Shown here in pieces: positions 1-10,592 of a stretch of DNA of 64,000 nt (positions are counted from its first letter, which is position 1; the number at the start of each line of letters is the position of its first letter). The stretch is taken from the NCBI GenBank assembly GCA_963662285.2, contig CAXXMV010000008.1, positions 1,376,001 to 1,440,000 of the forward strand, written 5' to 3'. Below the pieces are notes generated by a model. The model searched no databases. It had not been told where the DNA came from and saw nothing but the letters and a program-made list of their open reading frames with translations. This stretch comes from a bacterium (GTDB lineage Bacteria > Hinthialibacterota > Hinthialibacteria > Hinthialibacterales > Hinthialibacteraceae). The position numbers and the translations under genes were made by a program.

Positions 1-2358
1 AGCAATGCCCAGGGCGACTGGAGCGCCCGCCAATACGCCGATCAATGTCAACATCACCGCTTCCCGCAGAATTTTCAATGCTACATCGCGGGATTGGGCG
101 CCCAGCGCCATACGGATGCCGATCTCATTCCTGCGCCGCGTCACGGTATAAGCCATCAAACCATACAGACCAATGCATGAAAGAAAGACGGCCAAAGCCG
201 CGAGCGATCCGCATAAGATGGAAAACAAACGCTCTATCATTATCGATTCATCGAGTTGCTGCTGCTGGGTCTTGATTTTTTCCAGTGGAATTGTTTTATC
301 CAATGCGGCCACGCTTTTGCGTACAGCGGGAACCAGCGACAAAGGCGGCAGGCTGGATCGCACCTCAAAATACACAGAAGAGACCGTTTTTTGCTGTTGG
401 GGAAAATACATTATGGGCGACAAATCATCCCTCAGGCTTTTATATGATGTGTTACCGCAGACGCCGACGATCCGGTAATTGGTTTCACCAATACTGAAAG
501 AAAGCCCCAAAGGAGATTCGTTCTCTAAAAACATTTTAGTGAACTGTTCATTGACTACCGCCACCTTGGAGCTGGACGCGCTATCTGAATCATCGAAACC
601 ACGGCCCAGCATAATGGGTAATTCCATAGTCGAAAAAAATGTATCGTTCACAACTAATTGACAGGCCTGCATGTGACTACCCGGTTCGGTCGGGCGGTCT
701 GGAAAAGAGAAGCCATTCTCAGATGACCAACCGCCAGCGAAAGAGAGGTCTGAATAGGCCACGGCGCGTACACCGGGAATGCCGCTGAGAGAACGACGGG
801 TATTTTCATAGAAATCCTTTTGCTCCTGATCGGTATATCCTGCCTGGGCGGCGTCCAATCGAAACAAGAGAATGTTTTCAGCATCAAAACCGGGATTGAG
901 GTTTTTGAGATTGGCGAATGATTGGATTAACAAGCCTGCACCCATCACCAACAAGACAGTCATTCCCACCTGCACCGCGACTAATACCTTGCCAATGCGC
1001 AGCCGGGGAGCTGCGTTAGCAGCGCGATCCTTTAATCCTTCGGCGGGATCAACCCGCGCCGCACGCATGGCCGGAATCAAACCAAACAGAAGAGTAGTCA
1101 AAACCGCCAGCCCCAGAGTAAAGATCAAGACATTACCATCCATACCGGCGTCGAATCGCAGATTGCTTTCATATTTCAACAGAAAATCCATCAGAAGTTC
1201 TTTGCACCATAAGGCGACTAGCAAACCCATTCCGGCGCCCATAAATGACAAAACCATACTTTCCGTCAGCGATTGCCGTATCAAACGCCAGCGTCCGGCG
1301 CCCAAAGCGGAGCGGATGGCCATTTCGTGATGCCGCGCTGCGCCGCGCACCAGCAGCAGACTGGCGAGATTGGCGCAGATAATGGCTACCACCAACCCCA
1401 CCAAGACCATCAGCGCCCAGAACGGTTCGGCCATGCGTTGACGCTGCATCAAAGGGCCGCGGCTGCCGTCCTCCAACCAGATGCCCGGTTGATCCATTGT
1501 GGTTGTAGAATCTTCGAGCACCCGCTCGAAAAGCACGGCCAGCGAGGCCTGGGCCTGGGCGTCACTGGCGCCGGGCGCCATGCGGGCCATGATCTGCACC
1601 CACCAGTGTTTGGATGATTCCAATGGATTGCCTGACGTAAGATGGGGTTGAGCTGCCATAGTGACGTAAAAATCTGTTGGATCGCCGGGTTGAGGCCCCA
1701 CGAAATCTTGCGATAATACGCCGATAACAGTAAAAATTTTGTTGTTGATTGAAACGACCTCTCCCAATACATTGGGATCAAGGGCGAAGTATCGTTCCCA
1801 AAAACGGTATGTAAGCACAGTAACCGGATCAGCGCCGATTTCACCCTCTTCAGCAGCAAAGGTGCGTCCCAAGGCCATGCGCGAACCATAGCCGTTGAAG
1901 AAATTTTCTGAGGTCATCAGGCCATCCACAGTTGAAGGCAAACCGCGGACCTGGACCGTCGCCCGTGAGATAGAAAAAAAGGCGAAGACATCCGAAAATC
2001 CTTTCCCCTTTTCGCGGAATTCACGGTAGGCGGTGTAGGGAAAAGAATTTGAATAAACCAATCCCTTCGAGAAATTACTCATACCGCTTCCAGTGTAATA
2101 GCTCAATTTGGGGCTGCGTCCCGTCCAGTTGATATTGCGTAATTCGTGGGGATTAGGAACCGGCAGCGAACGCAGCAACACGGCGTTGATCATACTGAAG
2201 ATGGTAGTATTTACGCCAATACCGATTGCCAATATCAACACGGCGACGATAGTGAAACCAGGCGTCTTAACAAGTTGCCGCAAGCCGTAGCGGACGTCCT
2301 GATATAAAGTGATGAGTGATAGGTGATTAGTTATAAATTTTGATTTGGTTGATTCCAT
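1..2358 (-). CDS. ADOP/MacB-FtsX family duplicated ABC permease (copy 4 of array; 3' end runs off window)
   Basis: Not in the ORF track, presumably because it has no stop inside the window. Manual translation from ATG at 2358 gives MESTKS...YQDVRYGLRQLVKTPGFTIVAVLILAIGIGVNTTIFS. The same frame at the window start reads IGLYGLMAYTVTRRRNEIGIRMALGA. Only the two ends were translated by hand. Confidence 0.92.
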   Translation of the reverse strand, partial: MESTKSKFITNHLSLITLYQDVRYGLRQLVKTPGFTIVAVLILAIGIGVNTTIFSMINAVLLRSLPVPNPHELRNINWTGRSPKLSYYTGSGMSNFSKGLVYSNSFPYTAYREFREKGKGFSDVFAFFSISRATVQVRGLPSTVDGLMTSENFFNGYGSRMALGRTFAAEEGEIGADPVTVLTYRFWERYFALDPNVLGEVVSINNKIFTVIGVLSQDFVGPQPGDPTDFYVTMAAQPHLTSGNPLESSKHWWVQIMARMAPGASDAQAQASLAVLFERVLEDSTTTMDQPGIWLEDGSRGPLMQRQRMAEPFWALMVLVGLVVAIICANLASLLLVRGAARHHEMAIRSALGAGRWRLIRQSLTESMVLSFMGAGMGLLVALWCKELLMDFLLKYESNLRFDAGMDGNVLIFTLGLAVLTTLLFGLIPAMRAARVDPAEGLKDRAANAAPRLRIGKVLVAVQVGMTVLLVMGAGLLIQSFANLKNLNPGFDAENILLFRLDAAQAGYTDQEQKDFYENTRRSLSGIPGVRAVAYSDLSFAGGWSSENGFSFPDRPTEPGSHMQACQLVVNDTFFSTMELPIMLGRGFDDSDSASSSKVAVVNEQFTKMFLENESPLGLSFSIGETNYRIVGVCGNTSYKSLRDDLSPIMYFPQQQKTVSSVYFEVRSSLPPLSLVPAVRKSVAALDKTIPLEKIKTQQQQLDESIMIERLFSILCGSLAALAVFLSCIGLYGLMAYTVTRRRNEIGIRMALGAQSRDVALKILREAVMLTLIGVLAGAPVALGIA

Positions 2359-2409
2359 TTTCTTTCTACCTTTATGTAGTTTTGATACTAAGAGTTCTAT
2401 GTAACAACC

Positions 2410-2466
2410 TTATTCACACCGCAGCGTAACCATGGGATCGACTTTGGTTGCTTTTCGCGCGGGGAG
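2410..2466 (-). repeat. 57-nt near-identical permease 3' end, copy A
   Basis: 2412-2466 is identical to 4833-4887 (55/55). There are 3 mismatches in 57 nt versus 7263-7319. Confidence 0.95.
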
Positions 2467-4803
2467 CCAGCAGGCCATTATTGCTACCACTCCGAGCACC
2501 AGGGTGACGCCTACTAGCGTGACCGGGTCAGTTGGTGTGACGCCGAACAGAAGATGCGTCAGGACACGGGTTAGAACCAGCGACCCCAATAGACCTATAC
2601 TCACACCCAACGCGATTAATTTCATTCCTTTCCCCAAAATGAGGAAAAGCACTTTGCCGTACTGCGCTCCAAGCGCCATACGGATGCCGATTTCCTTTGT
2701 GCGATGGGAGACCAATTGCGCCATCACTCCATAAAGGCCAATAGCCGCCAACAGCAGAGCCACTCCGGCAAAAATGCCAAGCAGTATAAAAATCAGGCGG
2801 CGGTCTGCAATGGAATCGGCTACGACCTGCTCCAGGGTGTGGATATTAGAAATGGGTTGATCGGGATCAAGTTTGAAGATTTCACTACGGATAGTCTCTA
2901 CCAGACTCAGCGGCGGCGCTTTGGTGCGCACTACCAGATTGCACTGAAAGGAACTGAAGGCTTGCGGCATATAAATACGCTCCATGCGGTCTCGGTCGAG
3001 GCCGCGATGCCGGACATCTCCGACCAGGCCGATAATTTCCCACGAATTACCCAGGAATTGCACACGCTGACCGATTGGATTGTCATGGGGAAAAACCTTG
3101 CTGGCGAGAGTCTGGTTGATGATTACTGCTCGCGGCGCACTGGTAGTATTGTCATGTTCTGTAAAAATCCGGCCTTTTAACAGCGGGATACCCATTGTCT
3201 GATAGTAATTACCGGAAACGAAATCGTAATCGGTGCTGATGTAGTAATCATCCTGATCAGGCTGGCTTTCAGCGCGGACTGAATTATCCGTGGCGCCGCT
3301 CATGGGCAGGGTGGTCACCGATCCAGCCGCCTCTACTCCAGGCAGAGATTCCACTCTTTGAATTATCTGTCTCAGAAAAACGGCGCGTTGTTCTCCATCA
3401 GGATATTTCTGATCATTGAGGGAAATACCCATAGCCAGCACACCCTCAGGATTGAATCCCGCCGGAACGGATTGCAATTGATACAGTGTTTTCATTAGCA
3501 GTCCGCTTCCCGCCAGCAGCACCAGCGCCAAGGCGATTTCCAGAACTATCAAGCCTCCACACAGGAAACCGGAACTGGACCGGGAAGTACGCGTCCCTTC
3601 TTTTAGGGTTTCGTTTAAGTTGGAGCGGACTAGTTGCCAGGCTGGCGCAAGGCCGAACAACAAACCTGTCAGGATGGATGCCAGCAGCGCGAAGCCAAGG
3701 ACATACGCATCAATGCTAATCTCTTCCACACGGGGAATGCTGGCCATTCTCCATTGCTTCAGCAGATCCACTCCCCAGATAGCCAGCAGTAATCCTAATC
3801 CTCCGCCGATCATTGAAAGCGTCAGGCTTTCGGTCAACAGTTGCCGGATCACACGCCATCGCGTACCGCCCAGAGCCACGCGCAGGGCGATTTCTTTGCG
3901 ACGCACAGTTGTCTTGGCCAGCAGAAGACTTGCGACGTTAGCGCAGGCAATCATTAGGACGAAGCCGACCGCGCTGAATAGAATCCAGAGTTGAGGACGG
4001 ATCTGACTGGTAAGTTCTTCATGCAAAGGGACGACCGCTACCCCCCACTTTTGCTTGTATTCGGGATAAAGTTCTTTAATTCGCTGCTTGATGGATTGCA
4101 TTTCCGAACGCGCCTGTTCGACCGTCACGCCTGGCTTAAGGCGTCCAATTACTCTAAGACGATTATCACGCCGTGAGTGGTGCCAGGATTCACTGCCAAA
4201 TACAAAAGGTACTATAACATCACACTCATTAGGGATTTTCGGTCTGGGAGGCAATACACCGATTACCGTGCAACTATCATTGCCTAAGCGGATTGAACTG
4301 CCAACTATATTCTCCGCACTGCCAAAGTACCGTTTCCAAAACCGGTGAGTCAGCATGACCACTTTTTCTTGCCCCGGTTTATCTTCATCGGGCAGGAATC
4401 CCCTGCCCTGCAACGGTTGTACGCGAAGGATGCGCAGGTAACTGGCCGAGACCTGAAGGACGCTTAGTCGTTCCGGTTGACCATTGCCTGTGATATTCAT
4501 ATTAACCCGGCGAACCGCCGAGATATTTTCCAGACTTCTATTCTGTTCTTTCCAATCATTAAATTCAGCGGCGGCGACAGAGTTTCGACCCCGCCCGTCT
4601 GAGGTTGGATCGCCCCAAAGTTGCACCAGCTGCCCCGGTTGATCGAATGGCAGGGCTTGTAACAATACGCCGTTGACAACGCTGAATATCGCCGTGACCG
4701 AGCCGACGCCAATTGCAAGAGTTAGCACGGCGGTAATCGTGAAACCAGGTGATTTAGAGAACATGCGGAAAGCAAATCGTATGTCTTGCCAAAGTGAATT
4801 CAT
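2410..4803 (-). CDS. ADOP/MacB-FtsX family duplicated ABC permease (copy 3)
   Basis: DIRFAFRMFSKSPGFT start, LIACANVASLLL..RRKEIALRVALG, second FtsX half EIGIRMALGA, C-terminus ARKATKVDPMVTLRCE. Confidence 0.95.
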   Translation of the reverse strand: MNSLWQDIRFAFRMFSKSPGFTITAVLTLAIGVGSVTAIFSVVNGVLLQALPFDQPGQLVQLWGDPTSDGRGRNSVAAAEFNDWKEQNRSLENISAVRRVNMNITGNGQPERLSVLQVSASYLRILRVQPLQGRGFLPDEDKPGQEKVVMLTHRFWKRYFGSAENIVGSSIRLGNDSCTVIGVLPPRPKIPNECDVIVPFVFGSESWHHSRRDNRLRVIGRLKPGVTVEQARSEMQSIKQRIKELYPEYKQKWGVAVVPLHEELTSQIRPQLWILFSAVGFVLMIACANVASLLLAKTTVRRKEIALRVALGGTRWRVIRQLLTESLTLSMIGGGLGLLLAIWGVDLLKQWRMASIPRVEEISIDAYVLGFALLASILTGLLFGLAPAWQLVRSNLNETLKEGTRTSRSSSGFLCGGLIVLEIALALVLLAGSGLLMKTLYQLQSVPAGFNPEGVLAMGISLNDQKYPDGEQRAVFLRQIIQRVESLPGVEAAGSVTTLPMSGATDNSVRAESQPDQDDYYISTDYDFVSGNYYQTMGIPLLKGRIFTEHDNTTSAPRAVIINQTLASKVFPHDNPIGQRVQFLGNSWEIIGLVGDVRHRGLDRDRMERIYMPQAFSSFQCNLVVRTKAPPLSLVETIRSEIFKLDPDQPISNIHTLEQVVADSIADRRLIFILLGIFAGVALLLAAIGLYGVMAQLVSHRTKEIGIRMALGAQYGKVLFLILGKGMKLIALGVSIGLLGSLVLTRVLTHLLFGVTPTDPVTLVGVTLVLGVVAIMACWLPARKATKVDPMVTLRCE

Positions 4804-4830
4804 GTTTTTCTTTCTATTGAGTTATATCTA

Positions 4831-4887
4831 TCATTCACACCGCAGCGTAACCATGGGATCGACTTTGGTTGCTTTTCGCGCGGGGAG
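4831..4887 (-). repeat. 57-nt near-identical permease 3' end, copy B
   Basis: tcattcacaccgcagcgtaaccatgggatcgactttggttgcttttcgcgcggggag. Confidence 0.95.
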
Positions 4888-7239
4888 ATAACAGGCCAAA
4901 ATCGAAATGCTGATCAGTAATAGAGAGATAAATAAGTAGGTTGATGGATCGGTTGGAGTAATTCCATAAAGAATGCTGCTCAAAAATCGTGTAACAGCAA
5001 ACGCAACGACCAGGCCAATCGCGATGCCAATCAGGATTAATTTAATTCCCTGCCAGATCACCATTGATACTACATCACCGAATTGGGCGCCGATGGCCAT
5101 TCTAATACCAATTTCATGCCCCCTTTGGCTTACGGAATATGACATAATTCCATAGATGCCAAGTGAAGAGAGAATCAGCGCAATAACCGACAACACCGAA
5201 ACAAGGATCATATTAAAGCGATTCATAACCATAGTATCGGCGATGAGTTTATCCATCGTACAGACATTTTCTATTGGCATATCAGGATCAATGGTCCAGA
5301 TCTGTTGCCGGATAGATGTTGAAAGCCGTTGAGGATTACCGCTGGTTCGGATAGCGAAACAGAGTGAACTATAAGGACGATGCAAGAATGGTACATACAT
5401 GGTTGGCCGGTCTTCACTGGTTAAACCGAAATGTTTGATGTTGTCTACAACGCCGACGATCTGGTATATTTTAGAATCCCAGTCAGGTATCTTGATGAAT
5501 TTGCCGATTGGATCGCCGATATTTTCATATCTCCGCGCCATGAATTCATTTATGATGATTCGATTGACGTCTGGATCTTCATCGTCGGAATTGAAATAGC
5601 GGCCTTTCAGCAAGGGTATCTTCATCGATTGAAAATACTCTGGATTGATATGCCGTATTTCGCCAAACTGAACATTGCCTTCACTCGACGCTTGCTGGTC
5701 TTGAATTTCAAAAGATAGAGATTTTCCCCATGTAAGAGGGAGAATGCTGGGTGCGGCTACGGATTCTACGCCGGGTAAGTTTTCAATTCCTTCCATGATG
5801 TTGCGATAAAATGTGAGTTTTTTAGAAACTGTATATTTGGAACCTGTAAGCGGCAGATGAAATGTCAACATATTACTGGAGTCGAATCCCGGATGTATGC
5901 TTTGCATTCTAATGAAACTGTTCACCATCAATCCTGCCGCGATAAGTACTACCAACGAGAAAGCAATTTCCACAACAACGAGATTACGAAGAATTCGCTG
6001 ACTCTTTGTACGTCCAACAGAACTACGGCCGCCTTCGTTTAAAACTGCCGTCAAGTTGGTTTTTGACATCTGCAGCGCTGGCGCCAGGCCAAACAGAAGG
6101 CTGGTTATGATGCAGACGGTGAAGGTGAATCCAAGCACAACATGATCAATGCCCACGCGGGTAACGTAAGGCCCCAATTCAGAAGGCAGAAGGATTTTTA
6201 ATAAATCAATGCCCCACAATGTAAGCAATAAACCACTCAACCCTCCCAGAAAAGAGAGAATAATGCTTTCCATCAGCATCTGGCGGATAACCCGCATACG
6301 GGTGGCGCCCAATGATGCACGGATGGTGATTTCCTTTTGTCGAACGCCCGCTTTGGCAAGCAGTAAACTGGCCACGATTGAACAGGCAAGTAAAAGGACA
6401 AAACCCACTGCTCCATGAAGCACAATGAAGGTTGGAGTCATCATCTGGATCAATCGTTCTGCTATAGGTTCGATAAAGATGCGGTAATTTTTATTGGTTT
6501 CGGGATACTCTTTGGCCAGGCTGGTGGAGATAATATCTAATTCAGCGCGGGCTTGCTCTAGCGAAACGCCTTCTTTGCGCATTCCAATTGCATCACAGTC
6601 ACGGGCGCCGCGATTTTTCTTTACGCGATCACTGGAAAGAGGAATCCATATTTTCGCTTGCCCATCAAAGAATCCTAAATCGGAGGGAAGGATGCCAATG
6701 ACAGTATAGGGGATATCATTGAGGAATATTTGCTGGTTTAGAATATCTTTTTTGCCGCCATACCGGTTATTCCAGTACCCATAACTCAGGACGACGACTT
6801 TATCTTTCCCCGGTTCCTCTTCCTCTTCGGTGAATTGGCGACCATACGCCATTGGCGATCCAATCGTATGGAAAATACCTGCTGTCGCAAGAAATGAAGC
6901 TATTCGTTCAGGTTCTCCATGACCAGTTACATTGAATCTGCGCACTGTAATTAAAGAGATTGATTCATACGATTGGCTTCGTTCTTTTAAATCTAAATAA
7001 TTGGGACCGGATATCCCTATATTATTCTTGTCTTTCCCTTCTCGAATCTCACAAATCCTCACCATGCGCTCGACATTGGGGAACGGCATGGGGCTGAGCA
7101 GTATTGAATTTACCATGGTGAAGATAGTTGAATTGGCGCCGATGCCGATAGTTAAGGCCAATATTGCCAGGCAAGTTATGCCTGGCGTTTTTAGCAGCAT
7201 CCTTATTCCGTACCTGATATCCTGCATAAGAATTGTCAT
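4831..7239 (-). CDS. ADOP/MacB-FtsX family duplicated ABC permease (copy 2)
   Basis: Same duplicated MacB_PCD+FtsX architecture: QDIRYGIRMLLKTPG ... EIGIRMAIGA ... ARKATKVDPMVTLRCE. Confidence 0.95.
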   Translation of the reverse strand: MTILMQDIRYGIRMLLKTPGITCLAILALTIGIGANSTIFTMVNSILLSPMPFPNVERMVRICEIREGKDKNNIGISGPNYLDLKERSQSYESISLITVRRFNVTGHGEPERIASFLATAGIFHTIGSPMAYGRQFTEEEEEPGKDKVVVLSYGYWNNRYGGKKDILNQQIFLNDIPYTVIGILPSDLGFFDGQAKIWIPLSSDRVKKNRGARDCDAIGMRKEGVSLEQARAELDIISTSLAKEYPETNKNYRIFIEPIAERLIQMMTPTFIVLHGAVGFVLLLACSIVASLLLAKAGVRQKEITIRASLGATRMRVIRQMLMESIILSFLGGLSGLLLTLWGIDLLKILLPSELGPYVTRVGIDHVVLGFTFTVCIITSLLFGLAPALQMSKTNLTAVLNEGGRSSVGRTKSQRILRNLVVVEIAFSLVVLIAAGLMVNSFIRMQSIHPGFDSSNMLTFHLPLTGSKYTVSKKLTFYRNIMEGIENLPGVESVAAPSILPLTWGKSLSFEIQDQQASSEGNVQFGEIRHINPEYFQSMKIPLLKGRYFNSDDEDPDVNRIIINEFMARRYENIGDPIGKFIKIPDWDSKIYQIVGVVDNIKHFGLTSEDRPTMYVPFLHRPYSSLCFAIRTSGNPQRLSTSIRQQIWTIDPDMPIENVCTMDKLIADTMVMNRFNMILVSVLSVIALILSSLGIYGIMSYSVSQRGHEIGIRMAIGAQFGDVVSMVIWQGIKLILIGIAIGLVVAFAVTRFLSSILYGITPTDPSTYLFISLLLISISILACYLPARKATKVDPMVTLRCE

Positions 7240-7262
7240 TTTATTACTCCATTAGAGATACC

Positions 7263-7319
7263 TTATTCACACCGCAATGTAACCATCGGATCGACTTTGG
7301 TTGCTTTTCGCGCGGGGAG
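7263..7319 (-). repeat. 57-nt near-identical permease 3' end, copy C
   Basis: ttattcacaccgcaatgtaaccatcggatcgactttggttgcttttcgcgcggggag; its last 32 nt are identical in all three copies. Confidence 0.95.
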
Positions 7320-9707
7320 ATAGCAGGCCACTAGAGCCACGGCGATTAATAGGATTGAGACGCTGATGTATGTTATGGGATCAAATCCGCTTACGCCGAA
7401 TAGTTGGGAGGAGATAAAACGGTGCAACGCCAGCGATCCAAGTAATCCCACGAATACTCCGATTCCGGCGAGGGATAATCCTTTTTTTAGAACAAGCCAC
7501 AGCACATCGGAAACCTTCGCGCCCATGGCCATGCGAATGCCGATTTCGTGGGATCGTTGCGCTACAGAATATGAAATGACGCCATAGATGCCCAGCGCGG
7601 CCAGGAATAAGGCGGTTAGAGCGAATGTTCCCAGTAGTGTAGCAAAGAAACGCCGTCCATTGGAACGATCTATGTTAATATCCATCAGAGTTTGAATACC
7701 GGCCACAGGGAGTTCATTATCCATCAAGGCAATTTCATGCCGGATAGGATTCACAATATTCATAGGCTCGCCCTTGGTTCGAACAACCAGGGTAAATTCT
7801 CGCCCGTTCCTTTGCTCGAAAGGCAAATAAACGGATTCGCGTGAATTTTGGTCAACTCCGTAATGCTTGATATGCCGAACCACTCCTACTACTTCCCGCC
7901 AGGAATCATCATCACTAGGCGGCCCGCCTTGCGCTAAGCGCTTGCCAACCGCACTTTGATCGGGCCACCACTTTTGCGCGAAACGTTCATCAACAATTAC
8001 GACCTGTTTTGAATCTTCAACATCATGTTGATTAAAATAACGGCCTTCGATCAGACGGATGCCCATAGAATTAAAATGATCAGCACTGATAACATTGAAT
8101 TCCGCATGAAGGTTTTGCCCCGGTTCGGGGATGGGGGCGTGTTCCACATAATAGGTAGATTGCCATTGCCCCAGGATATTGGATGACAGGCTGGCATGTT
8201 GAACGCCGGGAATCGCGTTTACCCTTTGCAGAAGGCTACGATAGAACTCTTTGGTTTGAGCGTCTTCGGGGTATTTATGTTCGGTTAGGGATAAATCCAT
8301 TTTGACGACGTTGCGTGGATTATATCCGGGATCGGCGTTTAGATAATTGACGAAGCTGCGCATCATTAATCCCGCTCCCACCAGCAACATGAGGGCGAGA
8401 GAGATTTCGGAGATAATTAGTAGTTCCCGGTAGCGTTTACGTTTCATGCCGCCAGTAGATGAGCGGCTGGTTTCTTTCATTGCATCATTCACATTAATGC
8501 GGGATGATTGCCATGCGGGAACCATGCTTAAGAGTAAGCCGGCGCCTAATGTGATGCCGCAAGAAAACAGTAATACAGTAGTATCGATACGGAAAAATTC
8601 GTCGGGATTCATGAGTGATTGATTGGGGATAATGCGTATAATCAAATCGCTGGCCCACAAAGAGAACAATAGTCCTGCAAGCCCACCAGCACAAACCAAG
8701 ATCATGCCTTCGCACAAAATCTGCCGGATGATTTGCATCCGCCCCGCTCCCAGAGCGCTGCGCACGGCGAATTCCTGGTTCCTGGCCGAAGCCCGGATCA
8801 TAAGAAGGTTACCGATGTTGGCGCTGACGATCAGCAGAACAAAAAATACCGCGCCCATTAAAAGCATTAAGCCCGGTTTTATATTTCGGGTGATTCTCTC
8901 TTGGTAATTAGTCAGTTGAACCGTGCAACCGCTATTGTTATCAGGATATTCTTCTTGTAATTGAAGAGCGATAGAATCCATATCCGTTTGGGCTTGAGCC
9001 AGTGAAATTCCCGCCTTGAGTTTGCCTATCGAACCACTGCCGGCATGATTATTTCGATTCAAAAACCATTCCTCCCGCTTCAATAATTCCATTGGAGTCC
9101 AAACATCATTGCTGGATGAACGGAATGGAGGAAAAATAAAATCAACTGGCATAACGCCGATAACCGTATAAGGCAAACCATCGAATAGTAGTTTTTGCCC
9201 CAGCGCGTCTTTGCTGCCCTCGAACTGTTCCTGCCAATACCCATAACTGAGAACAACAGTCCGTTCTGCATCCAAACTTATGTCGCTATCTTCAAAGGCT
9301 CTTCCCGCTATTGGTTTAACGCCGAGAATGGGGAATAAATTCGCTGTAACCTGTTGGGATGAAACAACCTCCGCCCGGTCAACGCCAGTACGGTTATACC
9401 GGGCGCCCCGGTAACAGGCCATTTCTTCAAATGATTTATTGCGATCCCGCCAATCCTGGTAATTAGCGTAAGCGGTCGACATCCCCCCGAATGTTGCATG
9501 TCTCTCCTGAAGATCAACCAATCGCTCAGAAGCTTCATAAGGCAGGGGACGCAGAAAAAAAGCATTGATGGCGGTAAAGATAGTAGTATTTGCGCCGATG
9601 CCGATGCCTAGAGTCAGGATGGCGATGAGGGTATAGCATGGCGATTTAATCAGCGCCCGGAATCCATAGCGTATATCTTTAAATAGAGATGTCATTATAT
9701 TTACCAT
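7263..9707 (-). CDS. ADOP/MacB-FtsX family duplicated ABC permease (copy 1)
   Basis: KDIRYGFRALIKSP ... EFAVRSALGAG ... EIGIRMAMGA ... ARKATKVDPMVTLRCE. Confidence 0.95.
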   Translation of the reverse strand: MVNIMTSLFKDIRYGFRALIKSPCYTLIAILTLGIGIGANTTIFTAINAFFLRPLPYEASERLVDLQERHATFGGMSTAYANYQDWRDRNKSFEEMACYRGARYNRTGVDRAEVVSSQQVTANLFPILGVKPIAGRAFEDSDISLDAERTVVLSYGYWQEQFEGSKDALGQKLLFDGLPYTVIGVMPVDFIFPPFRSSSNDVWTPMELLKREEWFLNRNNHAGSGSIGKLKAGISLAQAQTDMDSIALQLQEEYPDNNSGCTVQLTNYQERITRNIKPGLMLLMGAVFFVLLIVSANIGNLLMIRASARNQEFAVRSALGAGRMQIIRQILCEGMILVCAGGLAGLLFSLWASDLIIRIIPNQSLMNPDEFFRIDTTVLLFSCGITLGAGLLLSMVPAWQSSRINVNDAMKETSRSSTGGMKRKRYRELLIISEISLALMLLVGAGLMMRSFVNYLNADPGYNPRNVVKMDLSLTEHKYPEDAQTKEFYRSLLQRVNAIPGVQHASLSSNILGQWQSTYYVEHAPIPEPGQNLHAEFNVISADHFNSMGIRLIEGRYFNQHDVEDSKQVVIVDERFAQKWWPDQSAVGKRLAQGGPPSDDDSWREVVGVVRHIKHYGVDQNSRESVYLPFEQRNGREFTLVVRTKGEPMNIVNPIRHEIALMDNELPVAGIQTLMDINIDRSNGRRFFATLLGTFALTALFLAALGIYGVISYSVAQRSHEIGIRMAMGAKVSDVLWLVLKKGLSLAGIGVFVGLLGSLALHRFISSQLFGVSGFDPITYISVSILLIAVALVACYLPARKATKVDPMVTLRCE

Positions 9708-9756
9708 TTGAAGTGAGTATTTTTTTGTTACGGATTAATCTATAAATCGTGCGCTA

Positions 9757-10497
9757 TCAGGAAAGCGCTTCGACGGTATCTATAGGTATTTGACTAGGAG
9801 ACTTACGTAAGACGGTATCTTCCACAATCTGTCCATCGAACAATTGAATGTTGCGGTCGGCGTGTTTGGCGTAACGTGGATCATGAGTCACCATACAGAT
9901 GGTCGCGCCCTCACGGTGCAGATCAGATAGTAATTCCATGACCGCTTCGCCGTTATGTGAATCGAGATTACCCGTCGGTTCATCGGCCAGAAGGATTGAT
10001 GGGTTGCCGCATACCGCCCGCGCTACGGCGACGCGCTGTTGCTGACCGCCGGATAGTTGAGCGGGATAATGCTTCATGCGATGCGACATGCCCACCTTCT
10101 CCAAGGCTTCCACCGTCTTGGTTTTGCGCTCGCTGGATGACATGCCCCGGTAGGTCAGAGGCAGTTCAACATTTTCATAGACGGTCAAGTCGCCGATCAG
10201 GTTAAAGCTCTGGAAGATGAAACCGATTTCACGGTTTCTGATACGCGCGCGATTCGCTAGAGTAAGGTTAGAAACGTCCTCTTCATTCAGTAGATATTCA
10301 CCTTCTGAAGAGGTATCCAGCAATCCCATAATGGCCAGAAGGGTGGATTTACCGCAGCCGGAAGGTCCGGCGATGGAAAGGTAGTCGCCTTTTTCAATGG
10401 TGAGATGAATCCCGGTTAGAGCGTGAGTTTCGACCTCTTCAGTAATGAAGACTTTCCTGAGATTGGTCATTTTTATAAGGCTTTGTTTTTCGGGCAT
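9757..10497 (-). CDS. ABC transporter ATP-binding protein (MacB/LolD-like)
   Basis: Walker A GPSGCGKST, GFIFQSFNL Q-loop, signature LSGGQQQRVAVARA, Walker B ILLADEPTGNLD, H-loop VTHD. Confidence 0.97.
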   Translation of the reverse strand: MPEKQSLIKMTNLRKVFITEEVETHALTGIHLTIEKGDYLSIAGPSGCGKSTLLAIMGLLDTSSEGEYLLNEEDVSNLTLANRARIRNREIGFIFQSFNLIGDLTVYENVELPLTYRGMSSSERKTKTVEALEKVGMSHRMKHYPAQLSGGQQQRVAVARAVCGNPSILLADEPTGNLDSHNGEAVMELLSDLHREGATICMVTHDPRYAKHADRNIQLFDGQIVEDTVLRKSPSQIPIDTVEALS

Positions 10498-10518
10498 TGC
10501 GGTCTCCTTGGTGGTTCA

Positions 10519-10561
10519 ATCAAGGGCTGAGCGCAATGCGCTCTTGCCCTTGGCACCCAGT
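10519..10561. repeat. REP-like palindrome (GGGTGCCAAGGGC...GCCCTTGAT family)
   Basis: Its reverse complement matches 12209-12251 at 40/43 nt; internal hairpin present. Confidence 0.85.
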
Positions 10562-10592
10562 AATATCAATAACTTAAGTTATTGGAATGTAT

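Noticed and set aside
1-2358. Apparent absence of a long ORF (possible pseudogene)
   Set aside because: The minus-strand frame at the ATG (2358) and at the window edge is the same and permease-like; the gene simply lacks a stop inside the window.
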